The notes: generated from the letters alone by a model not told the origin. Counted from the first letter of the stretch, positions 23,833-36,825 are shown. The stretch: 64,000 bases of DNA from Vermamoeba vermiformis (GCA_045837725.1 JBEWZL010000200.1:62001-126000), one strand, 5' to 3'. Numbers and translations are program-made.

Positions 23833-24482
23833 TTACAATCTAAAAACTGAATTTCTCCAAGGACCTCCGCACCATTGCGAATTGTCGCCAGCGCAAGGTT
23901 TGCAATCTGAGGCAGGAGCAGCACCGTAACGTCCGTAGATACCACCACAATAGCATTCGTTACCATTTTGCATGGCAGCGTAGGCGTAGCCCTTAGAACG
24001 GCACACATTCATGCAATAACTGGGATAGTCCACTTTGTACGTAAAACCAGACAGATCTCGAGTTTCTGTATCAACAAAGCATCCAATATAGCGCGCATTG
24101 GTGGCAGAGATCGAATTAATTTGAAATCCGCCACATTTTTCCTTAATATACAATCGTAAGATTTTTTAAACTTAATTTTACAAATTTAAATTAAACTTAC
24201 GTTCGGATTGCCAGAGCAAGGAAGAGAGCAAGAAGCCTTATCTAATTCACCAAAATTGCAAAATGTATTGCCGCACCAGCATTCGTTGCCGTTCTTAGTT
24301 CCAGCCCAGTCATATCCAATTTCCTTGCAATAGCTTCGGCAATCGGCGTTGGTCAAAGTGTTGCCCGTGAAAGCTTTTACTGGGAATGCGGTACCGTGCG
24401 GATCAAGGCAGCAGTCTTGTTGAGCCAGTACAGCCACTGATAGGCAAGTAGCGATCAATGCGAGTACGATAACTTTATTCAT
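23833..24482 (-). CDS. Secreted double-WSC protein (gene C)
   Basis: Signal peptide, two WSC domains, one intron. Confidence 0.9.
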
Positions 24483-24770
24483 TTGTGCTTGTCTTTTTAA
24501 ATGTTAATGAATCGAATGATAATTCAATAGTTATTTAACCGCGCGTGTTTGCGACGTCGCAAATATCGCCGCGTTGAATCATTGCGTGTCAAAAAATGTC
24601 ACAGATCTGAATCGACCATCATTATAAAATTAATGAAATATATAGGACGTACACAAATCTAATTTGGCAAATTTTAAACAAACTGCGGATATATATGCGA
24701 CAAAGAGTGATTTTCAACATGCGATTATAAATCATTAGACCAACACCTCGTCAATTGAACAACACAATCG

Positions 24771-25496
24771 ATGATCTTTAAATTTTTCGTCGTCGCGTTC
24801 CTAGTCTTCAATTTATCAACCGCCGCTCCACCACCAGCAAGTGAATACATTGGCTGTTGCAAAGACGGTGCTGGTGGAGTAAGAGAGTTGCCGGTGAAAA
24901 TGAACCTCACAGTGACAAGCAACCAGCAGTGTCAGACCCTGTGCGGCAACTATGGCTACGCTTTTGCAGGCACGCAGAATGGCAATCAATGCTGGTGCGG
25001 ATACAACAAATGCTCTCAAGGAATTTTTCTCGACACGTTCTGTGCCAAGCCATGTTCTGACACGACGGTAAGTCAATCTAATTATACATACTATCATTCT
25101 CATTTTATTTATTATTGCAGCAAGTGTGCGGCGGTATTTCAAACCGAAACTCAGTGTACAAGGTACCCACTCGTTACGTAGGATGCGTTCAAGACGCAGC
25201 AAACGCTCGCATTTTGCCGTACTCTGCGTACAAAGGCAGCATCAAGAATAAGCCCGATGATTGCATCGCCTATTGCAGAAGAGTCGGACATTACTTCGCT
25301 GGAGTTCAAAACAACGATTGTTGGTGCGGCAGTCAATTAGGTTCATTGCGCTTTGTTGCTGAAAGTCAATGCAGCAGTCCTTGTTCTGGAAACAGCACGG
25401 TAAGTTGGATGCACAAAATTATTAGTGTTTGGACTAATATTAATTCCTAAGATGACCTGCGGTGGCAACCTAAGAAATTCTATGTGGCGTGTATGA
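24771..25496 (+). CDS. Secreted double-WSC protein (gene D)
   Basis: Signal peptide, two WSC domains, two introns each just before the terminal xCGG of a domain. Confidence 0.88.
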
Positions 25497-25755
25497 AATT
25501 TGATGCTCAACAAAATAAACATTAGTTAATTATGCAATATTACTATGAAAAAGAAATTTGAAAATACGAGATCTTGCTTTTACGAACGTGCGTAAACACG
25601 ATTCAGCTTTATATTAATTAAACTCGGTAGATAGCATTACGAAGGTTGCCAGGATACTGGACCGCATCTGCAGCCTAAGATTGAGCCATCAGCAAGTTGT
25701 CAAAAGGTAATAGATCCGATTTATTCCGAATTCAGGAGGAGTTAACAAGGTTATA

Positions 25756-26695
25756 TTAGGCCCTATATACTGAATTTCTGTATGCTTCGCCGCATTTGTC
25801 TCCGTTGAGGCAGCTCGAGCAAGCGTTGTCCGGTGCTCGGCCGTATCTTCCGTATGAATTTCCGCACCAGCATTGGCTCATAAATTGTACGGCAGCATAC
25901 GAGTAGCCTGCACCAGCACATGCTGAGACGCACGTTGCAGCTTGATTTTGACGCACTTCCTGAATATAGAAAGGCAGATCTCGATCGGGGTCGTCAACAA
26001 AGCAACCGATGTATGTATTAGCAGCGGATCTGAAGACCGAATTAATTCCGATAGCACCACATTGGTCCTAAAATACTATATTAATATCGATTGACTTCTT
26101 AAAGTCCATATTTTACTTACACTAGGATTGCTAGCACAAGGTTTGTTGCAAGAAGACGAAGCCAAACGACCAACAGTGCAATATTGATTACCGCACCAAC
26201 ACTCATTGCCATTTTGAGTACCAGCGTAGAGGTATCCTGCTTGCGCGCGGCAATTCTGTTTGTCGCCACCACCGATCACATTTACGTGAGTACCCACGAC
26301 GAATTTTAAACACATCTGACCGATCTAATTCATGAAAATTTCAACAGGCGTATCAGTGGGAGATTGGTCGTTTGATCAGTTCATTTGCGCACGACAATAC
26401 AGAAGTGAATGCGATTCATTTTGTGCTGGATCAAGTGCTCGTCATTAGTTCGCCTCGTAGAGCTGACTACATGAAAATTAGGACTAAGCTCGAGTTTTGA
26501 GCTCTCTTGAACGCCTGCGATGTACAAGAAGTAAATGCACCAAGTCTGGCAATTGGCATTCGTAGTAGCATTGCCGATGTACGCTTTGTACGGCAGATCT
26601 ATTGCGCTGTGATCGAGACAACAGCCCAGAAATTGAGCCATCGATGATGTTGAGAGGAATATAGCGATAAGTGCAAAGAAAATGAGTTTGGCCAT
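25756..26695 (-). pseudogene. Double-WSC gene E (paralogue of A) disrupted by a 290-bp insertion
   Basis: NCQTWC|AQAGYLYAG is split by 26247-26536; the rest of the gene is intact. Confidence 0.85.
26247..26536 (+). other. Inserted fragment of another gene: end of an exon, a 62-nt intron, last exon, stop and 3' flank
   Basis: AAILFVATTDHIY | GTGAGT..CTAAT..CAACAG (26286-26347) | AYQWEIGRLISSFAHDNTEVNAIHFVLDQVLVISS...LEF* (stop 26498-26500). Confidence 0.75.
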
Positions 26696-27168
26696 TGTTG
26701 CGCTCGTGTTGCAGTAAGTTTAAATAATAGTTTATGCACGACAAAAGTGCTATTTTAATAGTGTCGCCGATATCGCCGCAATTTACAATAGTTGCTAGCT
26801 TGTCTGAAAGATGTCAACCAGCGAATTACATAAAATCGAAATAAGCTTATTTCTGACCGTTTTTATAAACCTAGGAATACGCAATCCGTCGAGCTATTAG
26901 CAGTCGTCGAATCAAATTGGCAACATTCGATATTGATCAGTCCTATAGTTCACAAGATTTTTAAGGACAACGTAGTGAACACGGCAAAATTTAAAATGCA
27001 GTTTAAGAAATGAAGGAATTTATAACGTAAGTTGACATTTGAATTGACAAGTAATTTCACTCTCTAATATTCCGGGCAATGATTGGCATTAGCGGCGATA
27101 ATTGCGACCAAACATTTTAATTGTTCCCGTCATTCACTAACTCTTATTGAAACATAATAGCACACATC

Positions 27169-28237
27169 ATGACGAAGCTAATTTTGGTGGCGTTGATCGT
27201 TGTTTGTTTATCAATGTCTGCTATGGCAATTGTTATTGGAGGAGATCCAGGCCCATCCACTCCACCTCCTCCTACCTCATCGACACCAATAGCAGCTCCA
27301 ATTACCACCTCCGTACCCACTTCTTCAACGTCAGTATCAGATCCGGTCGCTGCTCCTTTGGACCTTCAGATCGACGTTCCTGTTGCAACACCTGTCACTG
27401 CACCTGTTGACGCGCCTGTTTCTACTCCAATTGACGTACCAGTGACCACTCCTATTGATACTCCCATTGACGTGCCAATCTCTGCTCCAGTTGATGCTCC
27501 CGTTGACACGCCAGTTACCGTTCCCGTTGCTGTCCCTCTGACAGTACCATTAGCCACTCCCGTTGCAGTGCCTGTTGCAGCTCCTGTTCGAGCACCCGTT
27601 GCAGCGCCAGTAGCAGCACCCAATCCAGTCCGTTCAGCGTACATTGGCTGCTTCCAAGACTCAGCCTCGCGGGACTTGCCGTTCAAAGCCTACGCTAACA
27701 GTTCAAACTCGAACGTATTGTGCCTTAACGTGTGCAGATTTGCTGGGTATGCCTATTCTGGCACTCAGAACACGAATGAATGTTGGTGCGGCAATACTTA
27801 CGGCGGTCAAGGCAAATTCGACGATAAATTGTGCACCATGTCTTGCTCTGGCAATTCAAATGTAAGTACAGTTAGACCTCGTATTATTCCGATATAATTA
27901 ATAATGATTTTTCTAGCAAACTTGTGGAGGACCTTACAGAAACTCAGTGTATAGAACACCAGCTCGCTACATTGGTTGTTTTGCGGATTCGTCCAATCGC
28001 GACATGAAATTCAACGGGTACTGGGGCAACACTAAAAGCACTCCTGAGCTGTGTCAGAGTGTTTGTTCTAAGGCTGGATACGTCTTCGCTGGCTTGCAAA
28101 CAGGCACTGAATGCTGGTGCGGAAATAGTTACGGATCTCAAGGCCGGCTTAGCGAAAACTCATGCAATAAGGCCTGCACTGGAAAATCTACGGCTAAATG
28201 CGGCGGTGATTGGGCTAATGCTGTTTATAGACTATAA
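27169..28237 (+). CDS. Secreted Pro-rich stalk + double-WSC protein (gene F, paralogue of B)
   Basis: Same architecture and intron position as gene B; shares IVIG.DP.PSTPPPP. Confidence 0.9.
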
Positions 28238-28604
28238 TGAGCTGCGTGTAACGAGAAAATAAACTTGTTTTCATTTTTGAACCAAGTAGAACAGTAAACC
28301 ATAAGACAAAGAGTCAAAGACTTGCTCGCGGGTAAATACAGGTATATATATATTCAGAAATTATAAATTACTCTTTCGAACGTAAGGAGACAATTTGTAC
28401 AAATGCCAGCAGATCCAGCCCAAAGATTATTTATTAGACTCACAAATACCCTGAAAATTATTATTATAATATGCAATATCCTGTTCTTGGCGTTTAGTAT
28501 TATTTACTAATTTTTGACGATTTATTAGCATTTTATCAAAGCCAGATTTATTAGTTTACGACAATTATATCTGTCATTTAAATCTCCTTGTAATCTTTTC
28601 CACC

Positions 28605-29260
28605 TCACGCTTTGTAAACTGAATTTCTCCACCCAGCTCCGCACGTTTGCAAATTATACGCAGAACAAGCCAAGCAGTCTGAGGCAGGAGCAGCTCCGTA
28701 CCGGCCGTATGTATTACCGCACCAGCACTCGTTACTGTTTTGCACGCCAGCGTATTTATAGCCAGCAGTGCGGCACGTGGTAATGCAATCGCCGGGATAG
28801 TCCAGATTCGGTCCTCGGTAAGTCAGATCGCGAGTGTCAGCATCAATGTAGCAACCAATATAACGGGCGTTGGTCATATAGACCGAGTTAATAGCAAATC
28901 CACCGCATTTTTCCTGAATTATAAAGATATAAGATTTTTATTTAAATAATTTTTTAATTTCAGCAGATCTTGACTTACGTTTGCATTACCAGCGCAAGGT
29001 GAATAGCAAGATGAGGCATCTAATTTACCGAGACTGCAAAAGGCATTTCCGCACCAGCATTCGTTGCCGTTTTGAGTACCAGCGTAGTCATAATTAAGTT
29101 CGCTACAATAGCCTCTGCAATCTGCATTGGTCACTGTGTTGCCCCAATACGCTTTGAACGGCATATCTACGCCATTAGGATCGATGCAGCAGGCAGTCTG
29201 AGCGAGCACTGTCGTTGACAGGCAAGTAGCGATCAATGCAAGTACGATAATGTTATGCAT
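28605..29260 (-). CDS. Secreted double-WSC protein (gene G, paralogue of C)
   Basis: Signal peptide, two WSC domains; shares GNT.TNADCR and TNARYIGC with C. Confidence 0.9.
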
Positions 29261-29669
29261 CAGTAATAATAATATGAAGGTGTTATAAGTGTTATTAAAT
29301 ATTATGTCTATAAGTGAATGAACGGAATTGGCGCAATTTTAACCACGCGTTTTTTTGTCGCAGATATCTGCGCCAAGTGTCAAAAGTTCATTGCCATGCA
29401 CACAAACGAATTAATTAAGCCACAATAGACGCACAAATCTTCGCGCAAATTGCCGACGATGTAATTGACATGTAATTGACATGTAATTTGACAGGTAAAT
29501 TTAGATTACCCGCAATGTTTTAATATTTGTGAAATATATGAAAATTTAATTGGACATTAAAGAACGAGAGACATATATAGAACAACGACAGCTTGACTGA
29601 CAAATTTTTCACGATTCTCATTTGACATTCGCGGCGATGTATGCGACGTTCTGAAAAACACTAGTTTGG

Positions 29670-29932
29670 ATGTCTATTATCTTTTTCAGTATACTGTTAA
29701 CAACAGCAAATGAAGAACTTATCGTTCGTTGTACTTACAGTGCTTGGCCTCATCGCGAGGCAACGATAGAAACACTCCCGCTGATTGCAGAGCTACGTGT
29801 AAAAAGGCCGGTTATCTGCACGCAGGATTAATTGGAGGAACGGATTGTTACTGTGGAAACGCGTCAATAAGGAAAATTGCAGTAGCCACTATCCATCTTT
29901 TTCAGTGTGGCGAGTGCTTAGAATCACGCTAG
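29670..29932 (+). pseudogene. Degenerate WSC gene
   Basis: NTPADCRATCKKAGYLHAGLIGGTDCYCGN remnant; still preceded by the 17-bp motif. Confidence 0.6.
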
Positions 29933-30180
29933 CAAATAAAATAGCGCTAAAAACATATTCAATTCGTTTAGTGTCACACGATTCTAGCGCAACTTTTTTG
30001 AAGGTCATCTTAAAGATTTCGGTTTTTTATATTTTCACAATTTGACAGTTGCATTCACATGTGATCACTTAATGGCAATAATAAACAACACGTGGAAAAG
30101 ATATGTGATCACGAGAACTACACAAACTAAAAATTAAATGCAATCTTGTTTTTTTTCTAATTACGATCAACACAAGCAAC

Positions 30181-30898
30181 ATGACCAACATTTCGCTCCG
30201 TGCATTACTCCTTACATTAGCTGTGTCAATTGGCATTGCTGCGGCCGTTAGCAACCCTGCTTACGTGGGATGCTTCAAAGACGCCTATTCTAACAGAGAT
30301 CTGAGTGGACTCAGCAGCGGTGAAACAAGTCTCACCATAGAAAGCTGCATTGCTTTCTGCAGTGAGCGTAAATACGCTTTTGCTGGTGCTCAAGGAGGCA
30401 ACACTTGTTGGTGCGGTAATTCATACGGAAGTTACGGAACATTCGCGGATCGGATGTGCAATGTTCCCTGTTCAGCTAATGTGACGGTAAGTCTCATCTA
30501 TACTCAAATCAGACCTAATTTATCTTAACGGTGGTTTTATTAGCAAATTTGCGGAGGCTACCTCCGAAACTCGATCTACAAAACTCCTCCAAGAGAACTA
30601 GGCTGTCTTCGAAGAGGATTTATCCGCCAAGGATATACAGGACTTGCTACCAACAACCCTACAGACTGCCGCCTAACTTGCAGAAAAGCTGGGTATGAAT
30701 TTTGCGGCTTGGAGGGTCAAAACTGCAGGTGCGGCGAAGCTTGGAGCAATATCTCGCCTGGAACTTCATGTGACTTGCCTTGTCCAGGAGATAATCAGGT
30801 AATTTTGATATTGGGCTACAGTAGTGATACAATTTACCCTTCCTTTTATCCAGTACAAATGCGGTGGCGCGTTTCAGATGACAGTATGGAGAGCGTAG
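30181..30898 (+). CDS. Secreted double-WSC protein (gene H)
   Basis: Signal peptide, two WSC domains, two introns. Confidence 0.88.
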
Positions 30899-31303
30899 CG
30901 GATCAGCAAGCTAATTTTGGTTGCAGAATTGTGCTAAATTGCTTTTTAAACGTTCGAAATAAATATTTTTGAGCGCTTTGACTCGGGATCAAGCAATCTT
31001 TCAAAATTCGGCAATTAGCGCGACAAATTATGTTTCAATCATTATTTAATATCTAAATATAGATCTATCTTATTATTGTAAATTTTGTTTTTTATTTATC
31101 AACATCTCAGACAGCAAGAATTACCATTCAGATCCGATCAACTCTAATGATCTCTGTCATTAACTTCGAACTTAGCTCAAATTATTTTTTGTGACCGTTA
31201 CGTAACAATACCTTACGAGGCCGCAAAAAAGGTTTAAATCCGTTTCTCCGTTTGTCCGTGTTCGAAAATAAATACCAGAGCAGGCCATTGTGATACAATA
31301 ATT

Positions 31304-32345
31304 ATGAAACAACACGTATTACTATTATTAACATTTATTATCGCCTTACAAGTCGGCACGATGATGGGCAAAGCGTACAAAGCTGTGATTATTGGTGCAT
31401 CTGGTGAAGTCGGTGGTCACGTCTTAAAAACACTTTTGAGCTCACCAAACTGCACTCATATCACTAGTATTGGCAGAAGAAAATTGGAATTTCCTGAAGA
31501 TCAGCAAGGCCTCGAGAAATTGAGCCAGCACGTAGTCGACATGGACAATCTGGAACAAGAAGTAAGTTAAATATTATCTCAATAATTTTAAAATAATTTT
31601 AGGAATATTTTGTTAATATTTTAAATTGTATTTGTAATATTTGAGTTGTCTGGAATTTTTCACTAAATTTTTCAAGGCGAAAGATCTCGTGAAGGACCAC
31701 GAAGTCGCTTTCATTACTCTCGGAGTCGGTAGACCGTCGAAAGAAACAGAGGAATACTTGAAGAAAGTTGAAGTTGGATATAATACAGCTTTTGCAAAGG
31801 CGTGCAAGAACGGAGGCACAAAACACATCTCTTTCTTGTCCTCGCCTGGAGTGAGTCACAGCTCTTGGATTCCTGTACTAAGAGTACGTATATAATACAA
31901 GCATTACGGATACGATTACTAGGTTCCTATAGAAAATGTTCTGAGCATGTACGGAATCTGACTGCATCCGGTTTTATTAGGTCAAAGCTCAACTGTACGA
32001 TAATCTAAAGGAGCTCAATTTCGCAAGAACGAGCTTTTTCTGCCCAACAGTAATCATGACACCTCAAGCGCGCTACGGATGGGTGGATTCGTTTTACATT
32101 AACTTGTGGAAGGGTCTCTCGCCTATTTTACCGAGCAAATACAAAGGCGCGACATCAGAAAGCATTGGAAAGTCGATGGTATTGAACGCAGAGTTAACTG
32201 AAGTTACTGGAGTGGAAGAACTTTATTGGAACGTAAGCACCTTACACAAGTTGGGTCAGACCCGGTTATACTAATGGTTTGCTAATAGGACTTCAAAAGA
32301 ATTCTCAGATTGAAAGATCCAAAAGCAGATCCGAGCAAGTGCTAA
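31304..32345 (+). CDS. NAD(P)-binding atypical SDR, TIP30/HTATIP2-like
   Basis: VIIGASGEVG Rossmann motif, SIGRR, FITLG, FAKACKNGG..HISFLSS; 3 introns; start could be 31361. Confidence 0.75.
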
Positions 32346-32794
32346 ATACTAGTGTAAATAAACAATGTTTAATTTATGATGATTTACTTGCTTGAACGAA
32401 AGCTAGATAAGCTATCTTTCTCATCTCATCACTGCTTGTTTTCATCATTGTCGGTCTTGCGCTAGTGCCTAAAAACCAACCGCTAAAACTGTTCGTCCCT
32501 CCTTGGGCGATCAGAAAAAATTGATTTTTAACCAAACAATCACAACTCGCAATAAATTGCGTCTGATAGCTATAGTTTGCAATAATACCACGATATTATG
32601 GCGGAGGTAATAATACTGCGCTTGATGTAGGAATTTAATCGAAATATTTCTATTTCCCAAAATTAATTAATTTGATTCGTATGTTATGTAGAGATATTAA
32701 GATAACTCTTAACATTGCATTCGCAGATCACTATTACAGCCGATATTCCCCGGATTTCAGATCGATCTGACATCAAAAAGGTCACTATTTCGCT

Positions 32795-35700
32795 TTACTT
32801 CACTGAAGAACTCGTGGCGTCAGTGTCCGACGAAGAGTCACCTGATTCAGACGAAGACGAGCTCATTGAGGCCTCAATTGCCAACTTGCCAAATGCAGTC
32901 TTAAGCACATCACGTGGCTTAGGGCGTTCACTGAAAACGATCGCATGAGTTAGAATTCGAAAGGCTGAAAAGTAAAAGAGACTTACAGCGCACCAAAGCC
33001 GTTGCTCAACTTGGGGTTAGATTTCCAAGAATAGACACACTTTCCTTTTTTGGAAAAGACGAGGACAGCAGGCTGAGCCATACCGTTAACATATCCGTGT
33101 CGCCTAATAACCTACAGTCAGCAAGGGTCGCTGAATAAATGAACGCAAAGGTACGTACTCTGAGACATTTAACATGAACTGATCGGCAATAGTATTTTCA
33201 GGCTCGCCGATCACAGGATAAGTCAAGCCCCATTTGTTAGCGGTCTTCGTGATGCTGCGTTGGTTTTCAGATGAAATTCCAACTAGCATGCCTCCCTTAG
33301 CAAGGATCTTCGTGAAGTACTTGTTCCAGTTTTGCATGTATCGCTTCATGAAAATTGTTTAGATCCGGATCCACTTCAAAATAAACGTGCTACTTACGTT
33401 GCAGAATGGGCACCATGAACCACGAAAGACCACGACAACGAGGAATCGGTGCTTTGAAATTTCATCGTTCAACCAATCAACGAGTCGCTCGTACTTCTCG
33501 GGAGATTTTGTCAAAAATCCAACGTTGGGAATGAGACTTGAATTAGCGCTTGTCAATGATCTGCTCGATACGGAAGTCAATGAGCTACTTGACACTCTGC
33601 TGTCTAGTGACGGTCGGTTCTCAACGGAAGATTCGATTTCCGAGTCCTCTTCTTCGGGGAAAGTACCAGGAGGTGCGAACGCTAGATATTTAGCATTAGT
33701 AAATTAAACATTTTTGCACATAATTTTCTGTCGTACCTTTGAGAATGGCCTGTTGGATGTAATCAGTAACGCCCTCTTCGTCCCCGACATCCCCAGCACA
33801 ACGAGTGCACATTTGTCGGGCTTCAGGCATCTCTTCGGCTTTCTGTTTGAATTTTCTCAAGACAGGAAGGTACTGAGAGATGTTCTCGTTCAAACGGTCG
33901 ATGATCTTAGGCGACATATAGAGCACAAATCCACCGACCATGAAGTAGTCTTTGTCGAGCATCACGCGATCAGGGTTCAATGACTTTGTGATTCTCTTTT
34001 GCGAGATGCGCTTTGTGACCAACGTGCTCTTTTTCTAAAGGGTCGTATTGTTAGTTACTTCAATACTTGACCACATGTTAGTAACTTACCGAAATGGTGT
34101 CGAGGAGTATGCTAATTTTAGTGGCATTTTCTTTGCAGAAATCTTGCAAAGCTGGCTCTGCTACAGGTTTGCCTAAGGCGACGCTCTCAAGCAACAGTGA
34201 CAAGCGAGACAAGTTGTAACGAGCAGCAGGTGAGATGGGCTCTGTTTATATCACGTTGTTAGGATTGGTCGTGAAATTTCACGCAGACGAAGAGACGTAC
34301 CTTCTGTTAAACCAGCCGCGTCAGGAGCGGCAATAGCGCGGCAATAGAACTTCTCGAACATAATTGCTGAAATACCCTTAGTCCTAACAACTTCTTCATG
34401 AGCAAAAGAGAAGGTCGATTTCATCTTGGCATCGATGCGTTGTAGCAAACCGACCATTTGAGTCGGGATCGAGTTCTTATTGTCAATAATTCCGTTGATC
34501 ATCTTCGCGGCAAACTTGATTAGTTGCTTGGCATTTTTAGCGCTTTCATTTTCTTCTTTAATTCGTTTCTTATTGCTGACCATGCTCGACACTTGGAGCT
34601 CCTTGTCGTACTTCAGAACATCAGCGATGGCGTCGCCGAACATTTTTTTCATGTGAGACGAGCAAGTCAAGCACAGGTATCGCACGATGATTTGCGTAGT
34701 GATTCTAGTGTCGTAGAATAAGAGCTCGAAAGATGGGAAATCATCTTTCATGATGAAGCCCCAGTTGTCTTTGAAGTTTTGTTTCACTGAATCTAATGAC
34801 AGAGCCGATGTTAGGTTAATATATTATTAATAATAATCTCGTTAGAATGGTAAATACCTGATGACGTGAACTCAAGGTCAACAGCCCAGTTAAGCAGATC
34901 CGCCAATCGACCCTCGTCATTGAACACGCGTAACAAGCTGTCAATAAGCGCGACATCGACACGTGCTCCGTAGCTGCTTTGGAACAAGACGTTCATGAAA
35001 TTCTTATCAGAAGTGAGGGTATTGAGCATTTCCTGGCCGACCACGTTTTCGGTGATTTGTTGATACTTAACACTCTGTAATAAACGTCAGATCCGGTCGC
35101 CAAAAATAAAACGAATATTAACTAAGTCTTACCTTTTTGACTCGCTTCGAGAGTTTCTTGTAGAGTCTATTATTAGGCTTCCAATGGCAAACATCAATTT
35201 GCCCACCTTCTTGGTCTTTGTCAGTGTTGAAGTATGAAACAAAGAACTCGCCCTCAGGGGTCATTAAAAATCGATGTTTTTTGCCAGGAAAAGTCTTTGA
35301 TTTTAACGGCACGAAGCGCTCGTCCAAGGAAATGTCCCAGACGTTGATTTCTATAAATAGACATATGAGTAATTCTCCAAATTAGGTAATAACTACCTTA
35401 TTGCTAATCCATATCGTATGACTTACTGTTTTTAACCAAAACTAGTAAAAATCCATTCCTGAAGCAAATCCAGTTCACACGGGCCTCCATTAACTCCTTG
35501 AAATTCTTCTTTGAGGCGCCCATTGACGAGGCATTATGGAAAGATTGTCCCTTCATATGGCTAGGCATGTAGTAGAAGTCTACTAAGCCCTTGACGTTGC
35601 CAGTAACAAGCGTGTTTTCGTAGATCTTCATAGCGGAGATTGCAAATTCGGTTGATACTTCATAGTCGCGAGCTGGTTGGGAAAAACGGTTAGATACAAC

Positions 35701-36670
35701 TGTGCCCAAAATATTGCGAGAGAAATTTTAGTTAAATTTCATAATTAACAATTTCCAAAAACGGAAAAATTAATTTACGTATTTTTAGATTAATTGATTT
35801 TAACTTACTCTCATCCGCAATATTCCAGATATAAAGCTTCTCAGAAGTAGCTGCGGCGATAAACTTTTCGTCTTGCTCGATCATAGTCATTTTGAAGTAA
35901 TTTTTGAGTATTCTTCGGAAGATCAATTTGCCGCTTTCTGTGTCGAACATCAAAACCGACAAGCCATCACTTAATAACAATCGCTTGTTATTAATAGATG
36001 ACAGTTTATGGTCGAATTGTTCGGTGGTAGCGACTTCTTCGCCTTCTAATTGCAGGGGCTTGGATTTGGCCGCTAGAAAACCTTTTAAAGTCAAAAACAT
36101 TAGTATCTATCACTCAAGGAGATAAGTAACGATATTTTAAAATATGACTGAGCGATAAAGCTTACTTTGTGACATTTCTTCGATGGATCCCTTCGGGTCT
36201 AGATTCGCGGTGTTAGACAATGCTTTTTCTCGTCCTATATGTTACATACCTTGCCATTTAATATTCAGAAGCGAGCCACCGGTTAATACGCAGAATAAGG
36301 ATTCTTCCGAAGCCAATGTAACGGCGATCTTCAGATCTTTTTCTTGCGAGGTTGAAAATTTCTTCTTTGACTCCACATTGTAAATTTGAAGCTCTTGGTA
36401 CTGAGTCGTCCTTTGATGCACGGAGGCAATGAAGGGATAGGCAAATTGGAATGATACTGTTGGGTTTTGATTCTTTACCGTGATCTCGTTCTTGCGTGCC
36501 AGATCCGAGAAGATGTAGTCGCCGGTATTGTTGAATGCGGTGACTACATAGACGTCTTCTTGAGTAGCAATATCATTCTTGCTTACGAGGCTATAAGCTT
36601 GACGGCCATAGTATTTTTCTTTCAAGAAACTAGGACTGATGTCGCTTGCTATCGCAATCGTAGTAGCCAT
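32795..36670 (-). CDS. Fusion protein: WD40-like beta-propeller + RasGAP-like domain + C-terminal AhpC/TSA redoxin (CxxC)
   Basis: Exons splice in frame at the junctions checked; LLNWAVDLEF..LFYDTRITTQ..ISAIMFEKFYCRAIAAPD (RasGAP-like); VVVFRGSWCPFC..LVGISSE..YPVIGEPEN..QPAVLV (redoxin). Confidence 0.75.
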
Positions 36671-36825
36671 TTGTGTTGTTCTATTAATCTATTTAATTGT
36701 AAATAATTGTCCGAGATTTCAGATTTGTTTTGATGGCAGCAAAGTTGTAAACTTGGTTAATTTAAATGAACTACCATAAAAGGATATTTTTACGAAATTA
36801 AATCAGATCAGAACTTACTACTTTT

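Noticed and set aside
26247-26536. Insert in gene E as an ordinary intron
   Set aside because: Its ends on the gene strand are AT..GC rather than GT..AG, and paralogue A has no intron there
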